Positions 45,302 through 55,244 of a stretch of 64,000 nt of DNA are shown in pieces. The notes beneath the pieces are model-generated. The model was given only the letters and a program-made list of their open reading frames with translations. It had not been told where the DNA came from and did not search any database. The DNA is taken from NCBI GenBank assembly GCA_965232515.1, contig CBDDPY010000002.1, forward strand, positions 5,152,001 through 5,216,000, given 5' to 3'. The translations under genes and the position numbers were made by a program. The stretch is from Alphaproteobacteria bacterium (GTDB taxonomy: Bacteria; Pseudomonadota; Alphaproteobacteria; GCA-2731375). The stretch's first letter is position 1. Each line of letters starts with the position of its first letter.

Positions 45302-46147
45302 TCAGCCGGCGTTTATCTGGGCCAGCATGGCCTGTGTGATCCGGGCGTCGCCGTCGGCGGCGTCGAGCAGCAGGGTGAAATGGTCGGCGCCCTCGATGGT
45401 CAGGTAGTCGGCCGTCGCGCCGGCGGCCTCGCAGGCGCCGGCATAGGCGCGTGACTGCTGCTGCCAGCCCTCGGGCTCGGCCCCGCCGGCGGCGATCAAC
45501 AGCGGCAACGTTTGCAGCGGCGGTTGGCGCACGCAGTCGTTTCGCACGGCCATCGCGTGGTCCAACCGCACATCGGCATTGACCGACGTGTGCATCACTA
45601 CTTCCGGCTCGTAGATGCCGCTCAAGCAGGCTGCGCCCCGGATCAGCGGCAGCGAGGCCGCGTCGTTCAACAGCATCGCCGCCAGATGCGCGCCCGCCGA
45701 ATGGCCGGCGACGTAGATCCGCTCGGGATCGCCGCCGTAGGTCGCGATATTGGCCGCCGTCCAGGCCAGGCCCGCGCGCACCTCCTCGACAATGACGTCG
45801 AGCGTCACGTCGGGGCAGAGGTCGTAATTGACGCTGACATGCGTGACGCCGGCCGCCACCATGGGCGGCGCCAGGAAGCTGTGATCCGATTTGTCGAGCA
45901 GACGCCAGAAGCCGCCATGGATGAAGAATTGCACCGGCGCCCCATTGCCGGCCGGGAAGATATCGAGCGTTTCCTTCGGCCGCGCGCCGTAGCGGATATC
46001 GAGCTGGCCGTCGACCCGCGCCCGGGCGGCCTCGGATTCGGCGGCGAAGCGGGCGATCTTGTCCGACGCGTCGGCGACGGCGACGCGCGGGTTGAAATGC
46101 CGCTCGATCTCGTCGTCGGGCGCGTTGCGCCAGTCGAAGCGCATCAT
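45302..46147 (-). CDS. Alpha/beta hydrolase, arylformamidase (kynurenine formamidase)-like
   Basis: HGGFW oxyanion motif, GHSAG nucleophile, LSGIYE and DHF catalytic His. Confidence 0.85.
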   Translation of the reverse strand: MMRFDWRNAPDDEIERHFNPRVAVADASDKIARFAAESEAARARVDGQLDIRYGARPKETLDIFPAGNGAPVQFFIHGGFWRLLDKSDHSFLAPPMVAAGVTHVSVNYDLCPDVTLDVIVEEVRAGLAWTAANIATYGGDPERIYVAGHSAGAHLAAMLLNDAASLPLIRGAACLSGIYEPEVVMHTSVNADVRLDHAMAVRNDCVRQPPLQTLPLLIAAGGAEPEGWQQQSRAYAGACEAAGATADYLTIEGADHFTLLLDAADGDARITQAMLAQINAG

Positions 46148-47130
46148 CCGGCCTCGGGATAGCAGCCGCCCTCGCGGGCCCGCTGACGGGTGAGGTAGTA
46201 GACCAGCTCGATGGTCGGCGTCGGCTCGTCGACCAGGCGGCCGAGTTCGATCACCGCGCCGGTCAGCGCCTCCAGCTCCATCGGCCGGCCCAGCTCCAGG
46301 TCCTGCAGCATCGAGGTCTTGTGCGCGCCGACCTCCTTCGCGGTCTCGATCCGCGCCTCAACCGACAGCGCGAAGCGCACGCCCAGCTTCTCGCCGATGC
46401 GCTTGGCCTCCTCCATCATGCGGCCGACCACGACGCGGGTGCCGTCGTCGCTGGCGATGGTCTCCAGCGTCGCCTGCGTCAGCACGCTGACCGGGTTAAA
46501 CGACAGGTTGCCCCACAGCTTCATCCAGATCTCGTCGCGGATTTTCTTCTTCACCGGCGCCTTGATGCCGGCCGCGATCATTGCCTCGCTCAGCGCCACC
46601 ACCCGGTCCGAGCGGCTGCCGTCCGGCTCGCCCAGCGGCGTCCGATTGCCGTGGTTCAGCTGCACGACGCCAGGCTCGACGATTTCGGCGGCCTGCCAGA
46701 TCACCGTGCCGATGGCGCGTTCCGGGCCGATGCCGCGCCACTGCACGCCGCCGGGATCGACGCTCTCCAGGCGCTGGCCCTCCAACGGCCCCTCGAATTT
46801 GTAGAAGTACCACCAGGGCACGCCGTTCATGGCCGTGACGATGGCGGTCTCGGGGCCCAGCAGCGGCTGCATCTGCTCGACCACGCCCGGCACCGAATGG
46901 GCTTTGAGGGCGATGATTACGTAGTCCTGCGGCCCCAGGTCCGCGGGATTGTCGGAGCAGTTCGGATGTACCGTGAACCGTTCTTCCTCGGTGATCAGCG
47001 TCAGGCCGTTCTCGCGCATGGCCGCCAGGTGCGGGCCGCGGGCGATCAAGGAGACCTCGACGCCGCTGCGCGCCAGCATGGCGCCGATCTGGCCGCCGAT
47101 CGCGCCGGCGCCGTAAATGCAGACTTTCAT
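46144..47130 (-). CDS. Ketopantoate reductase family protein, probable oxalyl-CoA reductase (PanE2-type)
   Basis: GAGAIGG, NGVPWWYFY, IWMKLWGNLSFNP and HKTSMLQDLE; immediately downstream of an oxalate-CoA ligase-like gene. Confidence 0.8.
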   Translation of the reverse strand: MKVCIYGAGAIGGQIGAMLARSGVEVSLIARGPHLAAMRENGLTLITEEERFTVHPNCSDNPADLGPQDYVIIALKAHSVPGVVEQMQPLLGPETAIVTAMNGVPWWYFYKFEGPLEGQRLESVDPGGVQWRGIGPERAIGTVIWQAAEIVEPGVVQLNHGNRTPLGEPDGSRSDRVVALSEAMIAAGIKAPVKKKIRDEIWMKLWGNLSFNPVSVLTQATLETIASDDGTRVVVGRMMEEAKRIGEKLGVRFALSVEARIETAKEVGAHKTSMLQDLELGRPMELEALTGAVIELGRLVDEPTPTIELVYYLTRQRAREGGCYPEAG

Positions 47131-47131
47131 G

Positions 47132-48655
47132 TCAAGCCAGTCCCAGTTTCTCGGCGAGGCCGATACGTTGCAGTTTTCCCGTTGCGCCCTTCGGGATCTC
47201 GTCGAGGATCAAGAGCTTGCGCGGCACCTTGAAGTCGGCGAGGCGTTCGCCCGCGAAGGCGCGGATCTCGGTCTCGGCGGCGCTGGCGCCTTCTTCCAGC
47301 ACCACCGCTGCGGCGACATCCTCGCCCAGCTTGTCGTGTGGCACCGCGAAGGTCACGGCCTGGGCCACGGCCGGGTGGTCCAGCAGGATCTCGTCGACCT
47401 CGCGCGGGCTGATCTTCTCGCCGCCGCGATTAATGATCTCCTTCAGCCGGCCGGTGATCGTGAGGTAGCCGTCGGCGTCCAGCACGCCCTGGTCGCCGGT
47501 GCGGAACCAGCCGTCGCGGAAGCCGTCGGCGTTCGCCGCCGGGTTTTCCAGATAGCCCGCGGTCACGTTCGGCCCGCGGATCACCACCTCGCCGACGCCG
47601 CCCTGCGGCAGCAGGCCGCCGTCCTCGGCCATGATGGCGATCTCGGGGCCGGCCGCCGGGCCGACGGTGCCGGGCTTGCGCGCGCCCGGCGGCAGCAGGT
47701 TCGAGGCCATCTGGTGCGCCGCCTCGGTCATGCCGTAGCTCTCGATCACCGGAGCCGAGAAGGTCTCCTCCAGCGCCGCCATCACCTGCGGCGGCAGCGA
47801 CGACGAGGACGAGCGGATGAGACGCAGCGGATTGGCGGCGATGACCTCGGCATTGCGGCCGGCGCGGGTCAGGATGGCCTGATGCATGGTCGGCACGGCC
47901 GTGTACCAGGTCGGCTTGATCTCGCTCAGCCAGGCAAAGAATTTCAGCGCATTGAAGCCCGGCGTGCACCAGACCGAGCCGCCGGCCGCCAGGCTCGACA
48001 GCACGGCGGCAATCAGGCCATGGATGTGGAACAGCGGCATGATGTTCAGGCAGCGGTCGCCGGGACCCAGTTGCAGGGTCGCGCCGATATGCGCCGCCGA
48101 CGCCGTGACGTTGCGGTGCGACAGCGGCACCATCTTCGGCCGCGACGTGGTGCCCGACGTGTGCAGGATCAGGGCGACATCGTCGGCGTCGACCGGTTCG
48201 GGCGCGCCGCCGTCGACCGCCGCGCCGCCGCTCAGGCTGAAGGCGCCGGCGGGTCCGGCCGGATCGGGCGTCAGGGTCAGCACCTGGATGCAGTGCTTCG
48301 CCGCAACCTCGCGGGCGGGTGTTTCCATGCCGTCCTGCACCACCAACGCCTTCGCTTTCAAATCGCTGAGGTAGAAGTCGAATTCCTCGGCCCGATAGGC
48401 CGGGTTCAGCGGCGCCGTGGTCGCGGTGCAGGCGATGGCCACGAAGGCCGCCGCCATCTCCGGACCGTTGGGGCAGACGATCGCCACCCGGTCGCCACGG
48501 CCGATGCCGGCGGACGCCAGGGCCGATCCGGTCGCGGCGGCAAGCGTCCGCAGCGCGCCATAGGACATCGGCGACCGCTCCGGCGCACCGATCGCGGGGG
48601 CTTCGGCGTTGGCGGTGGCCGCGATCAGATCGGTGACGGTCGTGGCGTCTGGCAT
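47132..48655 (-). CDS. Oxalate-CoA ligase-like acyl-CoA synthetase (AAE3/Oxs type)
   Basis: APLNPAY..EEF.FYL.D, LHTSGTTSRPK, PLFHIHGL, WYTAVPTMHQ, YGMTEAAHQMASN and KGATGK. Confidence 0.85.
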   Translation of the reverse strand: MPDATTVTDLIAATANAEAPAIGAPERSPMSYGALRTLAAATGSALASAGIGRGDRVAIVCPNGPEMAAAFVAIACTATTAPLNPAYRAEEFDFYLSDLKAKALVVQDGMETPAREVAAKHCIQVLTLTPDPAGPAGAFSLSGGAAVDGGAPEPVDADDVALILHTSGTTSRPKMVPLSHRNVTASAAHIGATLQLGPGDRCLNIMPLFHIHGLIAAVLSSLAAGGSVWCTPGFNALKFFAWLSEIKPTWYTAVPTMHQAILTRAGRNAEVIAANPLRLIRSSSSSLPPQVMAALEETFSAPVIESYGMTEAAHQMASNLLPPGARKPGTVGPAAGPEIAIMAEDGGLLPQGGVGEVVIRGPNVTAGYLENPAANADGFRDGWFRTGDQGVLDADGYLTITGRLKEIINRGGEKISPREVDEILLDHPAVAQAVTFAVPHDKLGEDVAAAVVLEEGASAAETEIRAFAGERLADFKVPRKLLILDEIPKGATGKLQRIGLAEKLGLA

Positions 48656-48882
48656 CGCATGCACCTTGCAATGGGCTGTGGACGGGACGGTCGGGCGGTC
48701 GCCGGCCGCGTGACTGGAAATAGCATGCTTTCGCCGGCGGGCGGAAGCAACCGCCGTTCACCGGATGCTCACTTGCAAACCGGACCGAAAACCCCACTAT
48801 CCATCGTGTGCACAGCTCGCCCTTGGCGATCGTTCTGTGCCTGCCAGCGGGGCGAACCGTGCCGCGAACCACGGAGCTGGCT

Positions 48883-49014
48883 ATGACCAACGAAACCAGA
48901 CAGACGATGTACTGGACCCTTGGGATCGTTGCCGCCCTGATTGCCGTCGTGGCGGTCCTCTATGGACTGGGCGTTGTCGACACGGCCACGATGCAGGGGA
49001 CAGCGGCCGAATAG
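48883..49014 (+). CDS. Small single-transmembrane protein (43 aa)
   Basis: GGAG RBS; MTNETRQTMYWTLGIVAALIAVVAVLYGLG contains a hydrophobic helix. Confidence 0.6.
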   Translation: MTNETRQTMYWTLGIVAALIAVVAVLYGLGVVDTATMQGTAAE

Positions 49015-49082
49015 GTCGACGCCGGCGTCCCGGAACCGGGACGCGGTATCGTTAGCGACGTTTTTTGGCGCTGATTTGTCGG

Positions 49083-49520
49083 CTAAACCAACCGGCCGAT
49101 GGCGTCGGCGGGACCGATGATGGCGACATCCTGGCCTGACGCCCGGCGGTAAGCGTCGCGGCCGTCGCGCACATGTGCCGGGACGGTGTCGCGTCGCTCG
49201 GGCATTACCTCCTGGGCGATGACCTGGGCGACGAAACCGCTGGAAGGCAAGCCGAACAGGCCTGCCAGGACCGGACGCGGCTGCGCGGCCGGGATCGGCG
49301 CGCGGGCGGCTCGAGGATCGATCGTCGCCTCGCGCGCCGCTGCCGTTCGTTGCCGCGTGCCGGCGCTGCCGTCGGAATGCTGAAAACGCGCGAACGACTC
49401 CTGCTGCCCCGCGGTTTTTACCTGCGGAGCGGTCGGCGGCACTACCGGCACATAATGTGCCTGTTGTACGTGCGATGTGTCGATCGGCGTCACTGGACCG
49501 GCAATGGTGTTTGGGTTCAA
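49083..49520 (-). CDS. Hypothetical protein
   Basis: Low-complexity N-terminal part with a C-terminal FVAQVIAQE...AYRRA segment; TTG start uncertain. Confidence 0.55.
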   Translation of the reverse strand: MNPNTIAGPVTPIDTSHVQQAHYVPVVPPTAPQVKTAGQQESFARFQHSDGSAGTRQRTAAAREATIDPRAARAPIPAAQPRPVLAGLFGLPSSGFVAQVIAQEVMPERRDTVPAHVRDGRDAYRRASGQDVAIIGPADAIGRLV

Positions 49521-49823
49521 CCGAGGTATATAGGTCGACGTTTGTTAAAATTGTAGGCAAATTCGATAGTTTTTGTCGAACATATTTTACGGTTAATTTC
49601 CATTAACCTGAATGCCGATTAATATTAATATGTTGATTTATGAATTTACCCTAATATTTGTTTCCTATATATATTTGAATAAGCACAAATTAGGCTGAAT
49701 ATTTAGGGGTTTTTGTTTCCGACAACTATAAAATCAACAGTAGCGCAGGCATGAAATTTCGCCTTTTTTAACCCCTGGAATCGTAACCTCACACGTGTTT
49801 TCGACCGCCAATGCAATCGATCA
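49521..49823. promoter_or_regulatory. AT-rich divergent regulatory region
   Basis: Visibly the most AT-rich stretch of the window; several TTAA/TTAACC motifs, including the palindrome GGTTAA-TTTCCA-TTAACC (49591-49608). Confidence 0.65.
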
Positions 49824-51563
49824 ATGCGACTCATCAAACCGCCTGGCACCGCCCACCGGCCCGCCGTTCTTTCGAACGCGGAAGCCGAACGGTTGCGCCT
49901 GGCGTTCGGGGCGTCGGGCGACGCCGTCTACGACTGGCGGGTAACGGAAGGGCGGATTTCCTGGTTCGGCAATGCCGCTGCCATGCTGGGGTTGCCGGAC
50001 TGTAGCGAGTTGGAGACGGCGGTCGGGTTTCAATCGCGGATCGGCCCCGACGACGTGCCGACGCGGTCGCTGGCCCTGTCGCGGCATCTTGACGACAACG
50101 CGCCGTTTACTTGCGAATACAAGCTGCGCCGCGGCGACGGTGGGTTCGAGTGGGTACACGAGCACGGCATTGCGGAACGCGGATCCGACGGCAAGCTCGA
50201 GCGCCTCGTCGGTTGCTTGCGGATCGTTACCGAGCAGAAGGTGCGCGAGCACCGGCTCGAACGGCTGGCCTACTATGACGAACTGACCGGCCGGTTGAAC
50301 CGGGTCCGCCTGCTGCAATATCTCAACGGCTCGGTCGAGCGGGCCCAGGCCGGGGGCGGAACGGCCGCCTTCATGGTGGTCAACGTCGACAATCTCGGCA
50401 CCTTGAACGACGCCTACGGCTACGACGTCGCCGACGTGGTGATCGTCGACGTTGCGCGACGGGTCGGCGACGCGCTGCCGCCAGGTTCGCTGCTGGGCCG
50501 GGTCGGCGGCAACCAGTTCGGCGTGATCCTTGAGGATTGCGACGAAATCGAGATGACCGACACCGCCGAGCGCATCCTGGAATCGGTGCGCAACGCCGTG
50601 ATCGAGACGGCGGCCGGACCGATCATCGTCACGGTGACGGTGGGCGGCGTGACGGCGCCGGACCTGGCCGAAGACAGCAAGGCCGCCTTCGGTCGGGCCG
50701 AGGAAGCGCTGGCGCAGGCCAAGCGGGCCGGTCGCGACCGTTTCGTCAGCTACCGCCACTCGGCCGAAGTTATCGAGCAGCGGCGCAGATCCATGGCCAC
50801 CGGCGACCGGGTGCTGCGCGCGCTGAAGGAGCGGCGCCTGAAGCTGGCCTACCAGCCGATCGTCGATATCGGCGATTGCCGGCCGCGGATGTATGAAAGC
50901 CTGCTGCGCATGCTCACCGACGACGGCGAGGTGATCTCGGCCGGCAGCTTCATGGCCGCGGTCGAGGAGCTGGGCCTGATCCGGCTGGTCGACCGCTACA
51001 CGCTGGAAATGGCGGTGGACGAGCTTGTCCAGTCACCCGATGTCACGCTTACCGTGAACGTTTCCGGCATGACGGCGGCCGACGCCAATGCGCTGACCGG
51101 CATGCTGGACCTGGTCAAGGCGCACCAGACGGTGGCCGACCGGCTGGTGCTGGAGATCACCGAGACCGTCGCCATGCAGGATATCGAGAATTCGGCGCGG
51201 TTCGTCGCCAGCCTGCGCGAGCTCGGCTGCCGTGTGGCGCTCGACGATTTCGGCGCCGGCTATACCTCGTTCCGCCATCTGAAGTCCCTCGATGTCGATC
51301 TGGTCAAGATCGACGGCCAATTCGTTCAGGGCGTCGCCGACGATGCCGACAACCAGCTCTTCGTGAAGACGCTGCTGACGCTTTCGAAGGGCCTCGGCCT
51401 GCGGACGGTGGCCGAATGCGTCGAGACCGAGCAGGACGCGCGGTTCCTGCGCGAAAACGGCGTCGATCTCTTGCAGGGCTACCTCTACGGCCGCCCGGAA
51501 CTTGGCCGGCCCTGGGCGCCCGCCGAAACGCCCGCGCTCGGCCGTCAAAATCCGGCGGCCTGA
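49824..51563 (+). CDS. PAS-GGDEF-EAL protein, probable c-di-GMP phosphodiesterase
   Basis: PAS region; YYDELTG; degenerate GGNQF; EAL domain with YQPIV, ESLLR, EITE, DDFGAGY, KIDG, AECVE and QGY. Confidence 0.92.
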   Translation: MRLIKPPGTAHRPAVLSNAEAERLRLAFGASGDAVYDWRVTEGRISWFGNAAAMLGLPDCSELETAVGFQSRIGPDDVPTRSLALSRHLDDNAPFTCEYKLRRGDGGFEWVHEHGIAERGSDGKLERLVGCLRIVTEQKVREHRLERLAYYDELTGRLNRVRLLQYLNGSVERAQAGGGTAAFMVVNVDNLGTLNDAYGYDVADVVIVDVARRVGDALPPGSLLGRVGGNQFGVILEDCDEIEMTDTAERILESVRNAVIETAAGPIIVTVTVGGVTAPDLAEDSKAAFGRAEEALAQAKRAGRDRFVSYRHSAEVIEQRRRSMATGDRVLRALKERRLKLAYQPIVDIGDCRPRMYESLLRMLTDDGEVISAGSFMAAVEELGLIRLVDRYTLEMAVDELVQSPDVTLTVNVSGMTAADANALTGMLDLVKAHQTVADRLVLEITETVAMQDIENSARFVASLRELGCRVALDDFGAGYTSFRHLKSLDVDLVKIDGQFVQGVADDADNQLFVKTLLTLSKGLGLRTVAECVETEQDARFLRENGVDLLQGYLYGRPELGRPWAPAETPALGRQNPAA

Positions 51564-51674
51564 TCCGCCCCGGCCGAACCGTCGGCCGCCAAAAGCTCTT
51601 ATGTCAAATCACTGCCATTGCAATCTATCAGGGCGTATTTTCTAATAATACTCGTTTTCGGATGATCCGAAGCC

Positions 51675-52166
51675 TTACGACCGGTCTGCGGTTTCTGCAA
51701 AAAGCGCCGCCAATGTCGTGAAAGTGCGTCGCCAGTTGTCGCCAATGCTCGGGCGCAGGTCTTTGGGACGTTTCACGGTGTGGATGAGCCGGAGATCCGT
51801 TCCACCGCCCTTCGCAGCAAAATTCACCTCTATTTCCGCGTGGAGAGTCGACTCTCGCTCGCCATTCGCGTGTGTGACGACGCGCGACCAGGTAAAGACC
51901 AGACGCTCGCCGGGCCGGACGTCGAGGTATTCGCCCTCGTAGCCGACGCTTTTCGCCGCGTCCTGAGACGTCAGAAACCGCCAGGTGCCGCCGGGGCGCA
52001 GATCGATTGTCGCCGAGAGCAGCGAATTCGGCGCTGGGCCAAACCACTTCACGATGCGTTTCGGGTCTGTCCAGGCCGCGAAGACCTTCGCCGGCGAGGC
52101 CGCGAAATAGCATTCGACAACGACGGGCTCGTTGTCGATATCGGCGCCGTCATGGCCAAAATTCAC
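51675..52166 (-). CDS. SRPBCC/AHSA1 (START-like) domain protein
   Basis: ASPAKVFAAWTDP...KWF, DLRPGG.W and ERLVFTW; GTGA overlap with the ArsR gene. Confidence 0.88.
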   Translation of the reverse strand: MNFGHDGADIDNEPVVVECYFAASPAKVFAAWTDPKRIVKWFGPAPNSLLSATIDLRPGGTWRFLTSQDAAKSVGYEGEYLDVRPGERLVFTWSRVVTHANGERESTLHAEIEVNFAAKGGGTDLRLIHTVKRPKDLRPSIGDNWRRTFTTLAALFAETADRS

Positions 52167-52480
52167 GTCGCGTCCTCCGCCAGGTGCCGAGCCAGATGGT
52201 CGAACTGCTGTGACCAGAAAGCGCGGAAATCCCACAACCATTCGGACGCCGCCTTCATACGACCAGCGTTCAGTCGGCAATGTCGGGTGCGGCCACGCTT
52301 TTCAACAATCACCAGGCCGGCGTCGCTCAGCACACGGACATGCTTGGACACGGCCGGTTGCGTCATGTCGAAGGGCTTGGCCAGGTCTGAAAGACGGGCC
52401 TCGCCAAAGGCGAGCCGCTGCAGAATGGCGCGGCGCGTGCCGTCGCTGAGCGCGGAGAAGGTCCTGTCGAGGTCGTTCAT
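52163..52480 (-). CDS. ArsR/SmtB family transcriptional regulator
   Basis: FSALSDGTRRAIL..L, MTQPAVSKHVRVL..AGLV and GRTR. Confidence 0.92.
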   Translation of the reverse strand: MNDLDRTFSALSDGTRRAILQRLAFGEARLSDLAKPFDMTQPAVSKHVRVLSDAGLVIVEKRGRTRHCRLNAGRMKAASEWLWDFRAFWSQQFDHLARHLAEDAT

Positions 52481-52623
52481 CGCTTTTCCGGAGTTTACTA
52501 AACTGACTGGTTGACTATATAACATGATTCGTATAGTAAACCTATTGGTAAAGTTTTGGTGCAACCGGCAACCGGTCCAAGACCGACCGGGCATCGGCTC
52601 GCCGGGGAAAATGGGGACTTGGA

Positions 52624-53208
52624 ATGAGAGATCTTGCTGTTTTGACGTTCATGACGCTCGACGGCGTCATGCAGGCGCCCGCGCATGCTGAAGAAGACCC
52701 GTCGGGCGGCTTCGCGCACGGCGGCTGGGCCGCCAACTATTGGGGCGAGGTGATGGCGCAAGTGATGGACGAGGCGATGGCCGCGCCCTATGACCTCCTG
52801 CTGGGCCGAAAGACCTATGAGAGCTTTGCCGGCCACTGGCCCCACGTCGACAACGACCCGCACGCCGACATTCTGAACAACGCCACAAAGTACGTCGCGA
52901 CATCCACGCTGCAGGATCTTGCGTGGAAAAACGCCGTGCCCATTTCCGGCGACATCGCCGCGGAAGTATCGCGGCTGAAAGATCAGGACGGGCCCTTGCT
53001 GCAGATCCATGGCAGTTGGCAGCTGATCCAGACCCTTCTTGCCCAACAGCTTATCGACGAGTTTCGGCTATGGACCTTTCCGCTCGTGGTCGGTTCCGGA
53101 AAACGCCTGTTCGGCCAGCAGACCGCGCCCACGGACCTGGCGCTCGTGAAGACGAAATCGACCGCGAACGGCGCGGTGATGAGCATCTATCGGCGCGCGG
53201 ACCCATAG
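52624..53208 (+). CDS. Dihydrofolate reductase-like / RibD C-terminal domain protein
   Basis: FMTLDGVMQAP, LLLGRKTYE, GSWQLIQTL and DEFRL..FP.V.GSGKRLF. Confidence 0.9.
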   Translation: MRDLAVLTFMTLDGVMQAPAHAEEDPSGGFAHGGWAANYWGEVMAQVMDEAMAAPYDLLLGRKTYESFAGHWPHVDNDPHADILNNATKYVATSTLQDLAWKNAVPISGDIAAEVSRLKDQDGPLLQIHGSWQLIQTLLAQQLIDEFRLWTFPLVVGSGKRLFGQQTAPTDLALVKTKSTANGAVMSIYRRADP

Positions 53209-53428
53209 CGGCGGCGGGGAAAAAAGCGCCCTCGGCCCGGCCGCTCCCGGTCGCATGATAAAGTATGCCATGACATGGATATGATTGTAAGAACATGGCA
53301 ACATAAATATGTTATGACATCGATCTAGCTTTTCGGCCGAAATCCGGCGTCCGTCAGGCTTATGCCGTGCAGGTCGACGCCCGTTTCGTTCCGGAAACGG
53401 GTCGGGGCGGACTTGCTATCAAACGGTT

Positions 53429-54550
53429 TCAGCGGGGCCGGTCGGCGAGCGTCCGGCGGTCGAACGAGATGCTCTTGACCAGCGCGAAGACCGGCTTGCC
53501 GGCCTCGAGCGCAAGGTCGGCGAGCGCTTCGCGCGTGACCCGCGCCCTGAGGCGGCCGCCGCCGATGTCGATCAGCGTTTCGGCGAACGCCGTGCCGGGC
53601 TCTTCGCGGATCTCGGCAATGGTGCCGGCAAAGACGTTGCGGATGCTGATCGCCTCCGGCTTGCGTGTGGTGAGCGCCACGTCGCGGGCGCGCACGCGCA
53701 GGCGCACCTCGTCACCGATGCCGAGATCGACGAACGGAATGGCGATTTCCTGGCCGTGGTGATCGAGCCGGGTCAGGTCGTAGGTCCGGTCCTGCGCCGT
53801 CACCGTGGCGGTCAGCACCACGCCGGCTTCGAAACGCCCGGTCGCCGGCTGCAGGTCGAGGCGTTCCAGGATGCGCTCGACCGGCCCCTCGGCCAGCTTG
53901 CGGCCCGCCGACAGCACCACCATGCGGTCGGCCAGCTGCGTCACCTCGGCGATGTCATGGCTGACATAGAGGATCGGGATCGACAGCTCTCTGTGCAGCA
54001 ACTCGAAATAGGCCAGGATCTCGTCCCGAGTCGCCCGGTCGAGGGCCGACAGCGGCTCGTCCATCAACAGCAGCTGCGGCTGCGACAGCAGCGCCCGGCC
54101 GACGGCGACGCGCTGACGCTCGCCGCCCGACAGCGCCGCCGGCGCCCGATCCAGCAGATGGCCGATGCCGAGCAGGTCGACGACGTCGTCGAAGCCGAGC
54201 GCGTTGTCCGCGCCGTTGCGCGCCGCGCGCCGGCTGCCGTAGCGCAGATTTTTCGCCACCGACAGGTGCGGGAACAGGCTCGCCTCCTGGAACACATAAC
54301 CGACCGCGCGGTCATGGGGTTTGCGGAACACACCCGTCTCGTGATCCTGCCAGATGTCGGCGCCGACGGTCAGCCGACCGGGCAGCCGGTGCAAACCGGC
54401 GATGCAGCGCAGGATCGTGGTCTTGCCGCAGCCCGAGGCGCCGAACAGCGCGGTGATGCCGCGCATGGGGGCGGTGAAGGCGACATCGAGCGAGAAGGCG
54501 CCGATGCTGCCAGCGAAGGCGACGTCGATGGTGCCCGTGTCCCGGTTCAC
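53429..54550 (-). CDS. modC: Molybdate ABC transporter ATP-binding protein
   Basis: [29 protein letters not shown] and a C-terminal TOBE domain (SIRNVF...VFALVK). Confidence 0.95.
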   Translation of the reverse strand: MNRDTGTIDVAFAGSIGAFSLDVAFTAPMRGITALFGASGCGKTTILRCIAGLHRLPGRLTVGADIWQDHETGVFRKPHDRAVGYVFQEASLFPHLSVAKNLRYGSRRAARNGADNALGFDDVVDLLGIGHLLDRAPAALSGGERQRVAVGRALLSQPQLLLMDEPLSALDRATRDEILAYFELLHRELSIPILYVSHDIAEVTQLADRMVVLSAGRKLAEGPVERILERLDLQPATGRFEAGVVLTATVTAQDRTYDLTRLDHHGQEIAIPFVDLGIGDEVRLRVRARDVALTTRKPEAISIRNVFAGTIAEIREEPGTAFAETLIDIGGGRLRARVTREALADLALEAGKPVFALVKSISFDRRTLADRPR

Positions 54551-55230
54551 GGGCCCGGCCGCCCGAGGCGCTTTTCCAGCAACATCATCGACAGAATGAC
54601 GACGAAGGCGAAGACCAGCATGCCGGCGGCCAGGATATGCGCCTCGGTCCATCGCAGGGTCTCGACATAGTCGTAGATCGCCACCGACAGCACCTTGGTT
54701 TCGCCCGGTATGTTGCCGCCGATCATCAGCACGACGCCGAATTCGCCGACGGTATGCGCGAAGCCGAGCACGGCGCCGGTCATGAAGCCCGGCCGGGCCA
54801 GCGGCACCGCCACGGTCCAGAAGGCGTCCCAGGGCGAGGCGCGCAGCGTCGCCGCGACCTCCAGCGGCCGGTCGCCGAAGGCCTCGAAGGCGTTGCGGAT
54901 CGGCTGCACGACGAACGGCATGGAATAGAACACCGAGCCGATCACCAGGCCCTCGAAGGTGAAGGCCAGCGAACGTCCGCCGAACAGCCCGGCGATCCAG
55001 CCGCCCGGCCCGTCCGGCCCCAGCGCGATCAGCAGATAGAAGCCCAGCACCGTGGGCGGCAGGACGAGCGGCAGGGCGACGACGGCCGCCACCGCTTCCT
55101 TCCAGCGGGCCCGCGAGCGCGCCAGCCACCAGGCGATCGGCGTCCCGATGATCAGCAGCACGATCGTCGTGGTCGCCGCCAGTTCCAGGGTCAGGCGGAT
55201 CGGCGGCCAGAGCTCGGCAAGGTCAAGCAT
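54547..55230 (-). CDS. modB: Molybdate ABC transporter permease
   Basis: [15 protein letters not shown] and [21 protein letters not shown]. Confidence 0.96.
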   Translation of the reverse strand: MLDLAELWPPIRLTLELAATTTIVLLIIGTPIAWWLARSRARWKEAVAAVVALPLVLPPTVLGFYLLIALGPDGPGGWIAGLFGGRSLAFTFEGLVIGSVFYSMPFVVQPIRNAFEAFGDRPLEVAATLRASPWDAFWTVAVPLARPGFMTGAVLGFAHTVGEFGVVLMIGGNIPGETKVLSVAIYDYVETLRWTEAHILAAGMLVFAFVVILSMMLLEKRLGRPGP

Positions 55231-55244
55231 CGGCCGAATGATGG

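Noticed and set aside
42142-48886. Long antisense ORFs 42142..43755(-), 43736..45043(-) and 47117..48886(+)
   Set aside because: Shadows of ggt and the two acyl-CoA synthetase genes, with no independent coding signal.
49591-49608. Canonical full CtrA box
   Set aside because: The spacer is 6 nt, not 7, so it is reported only as a half-site-like motif.
53429-55129. 566-aa extended ModC ORF (likewise the extended 59969..61024 and 56037..56843 ORFs)
   Set aside because: The extensions are off-frame overlaps with neighbouring genes or run through promoter DNA; internal starts fit the family lengths.
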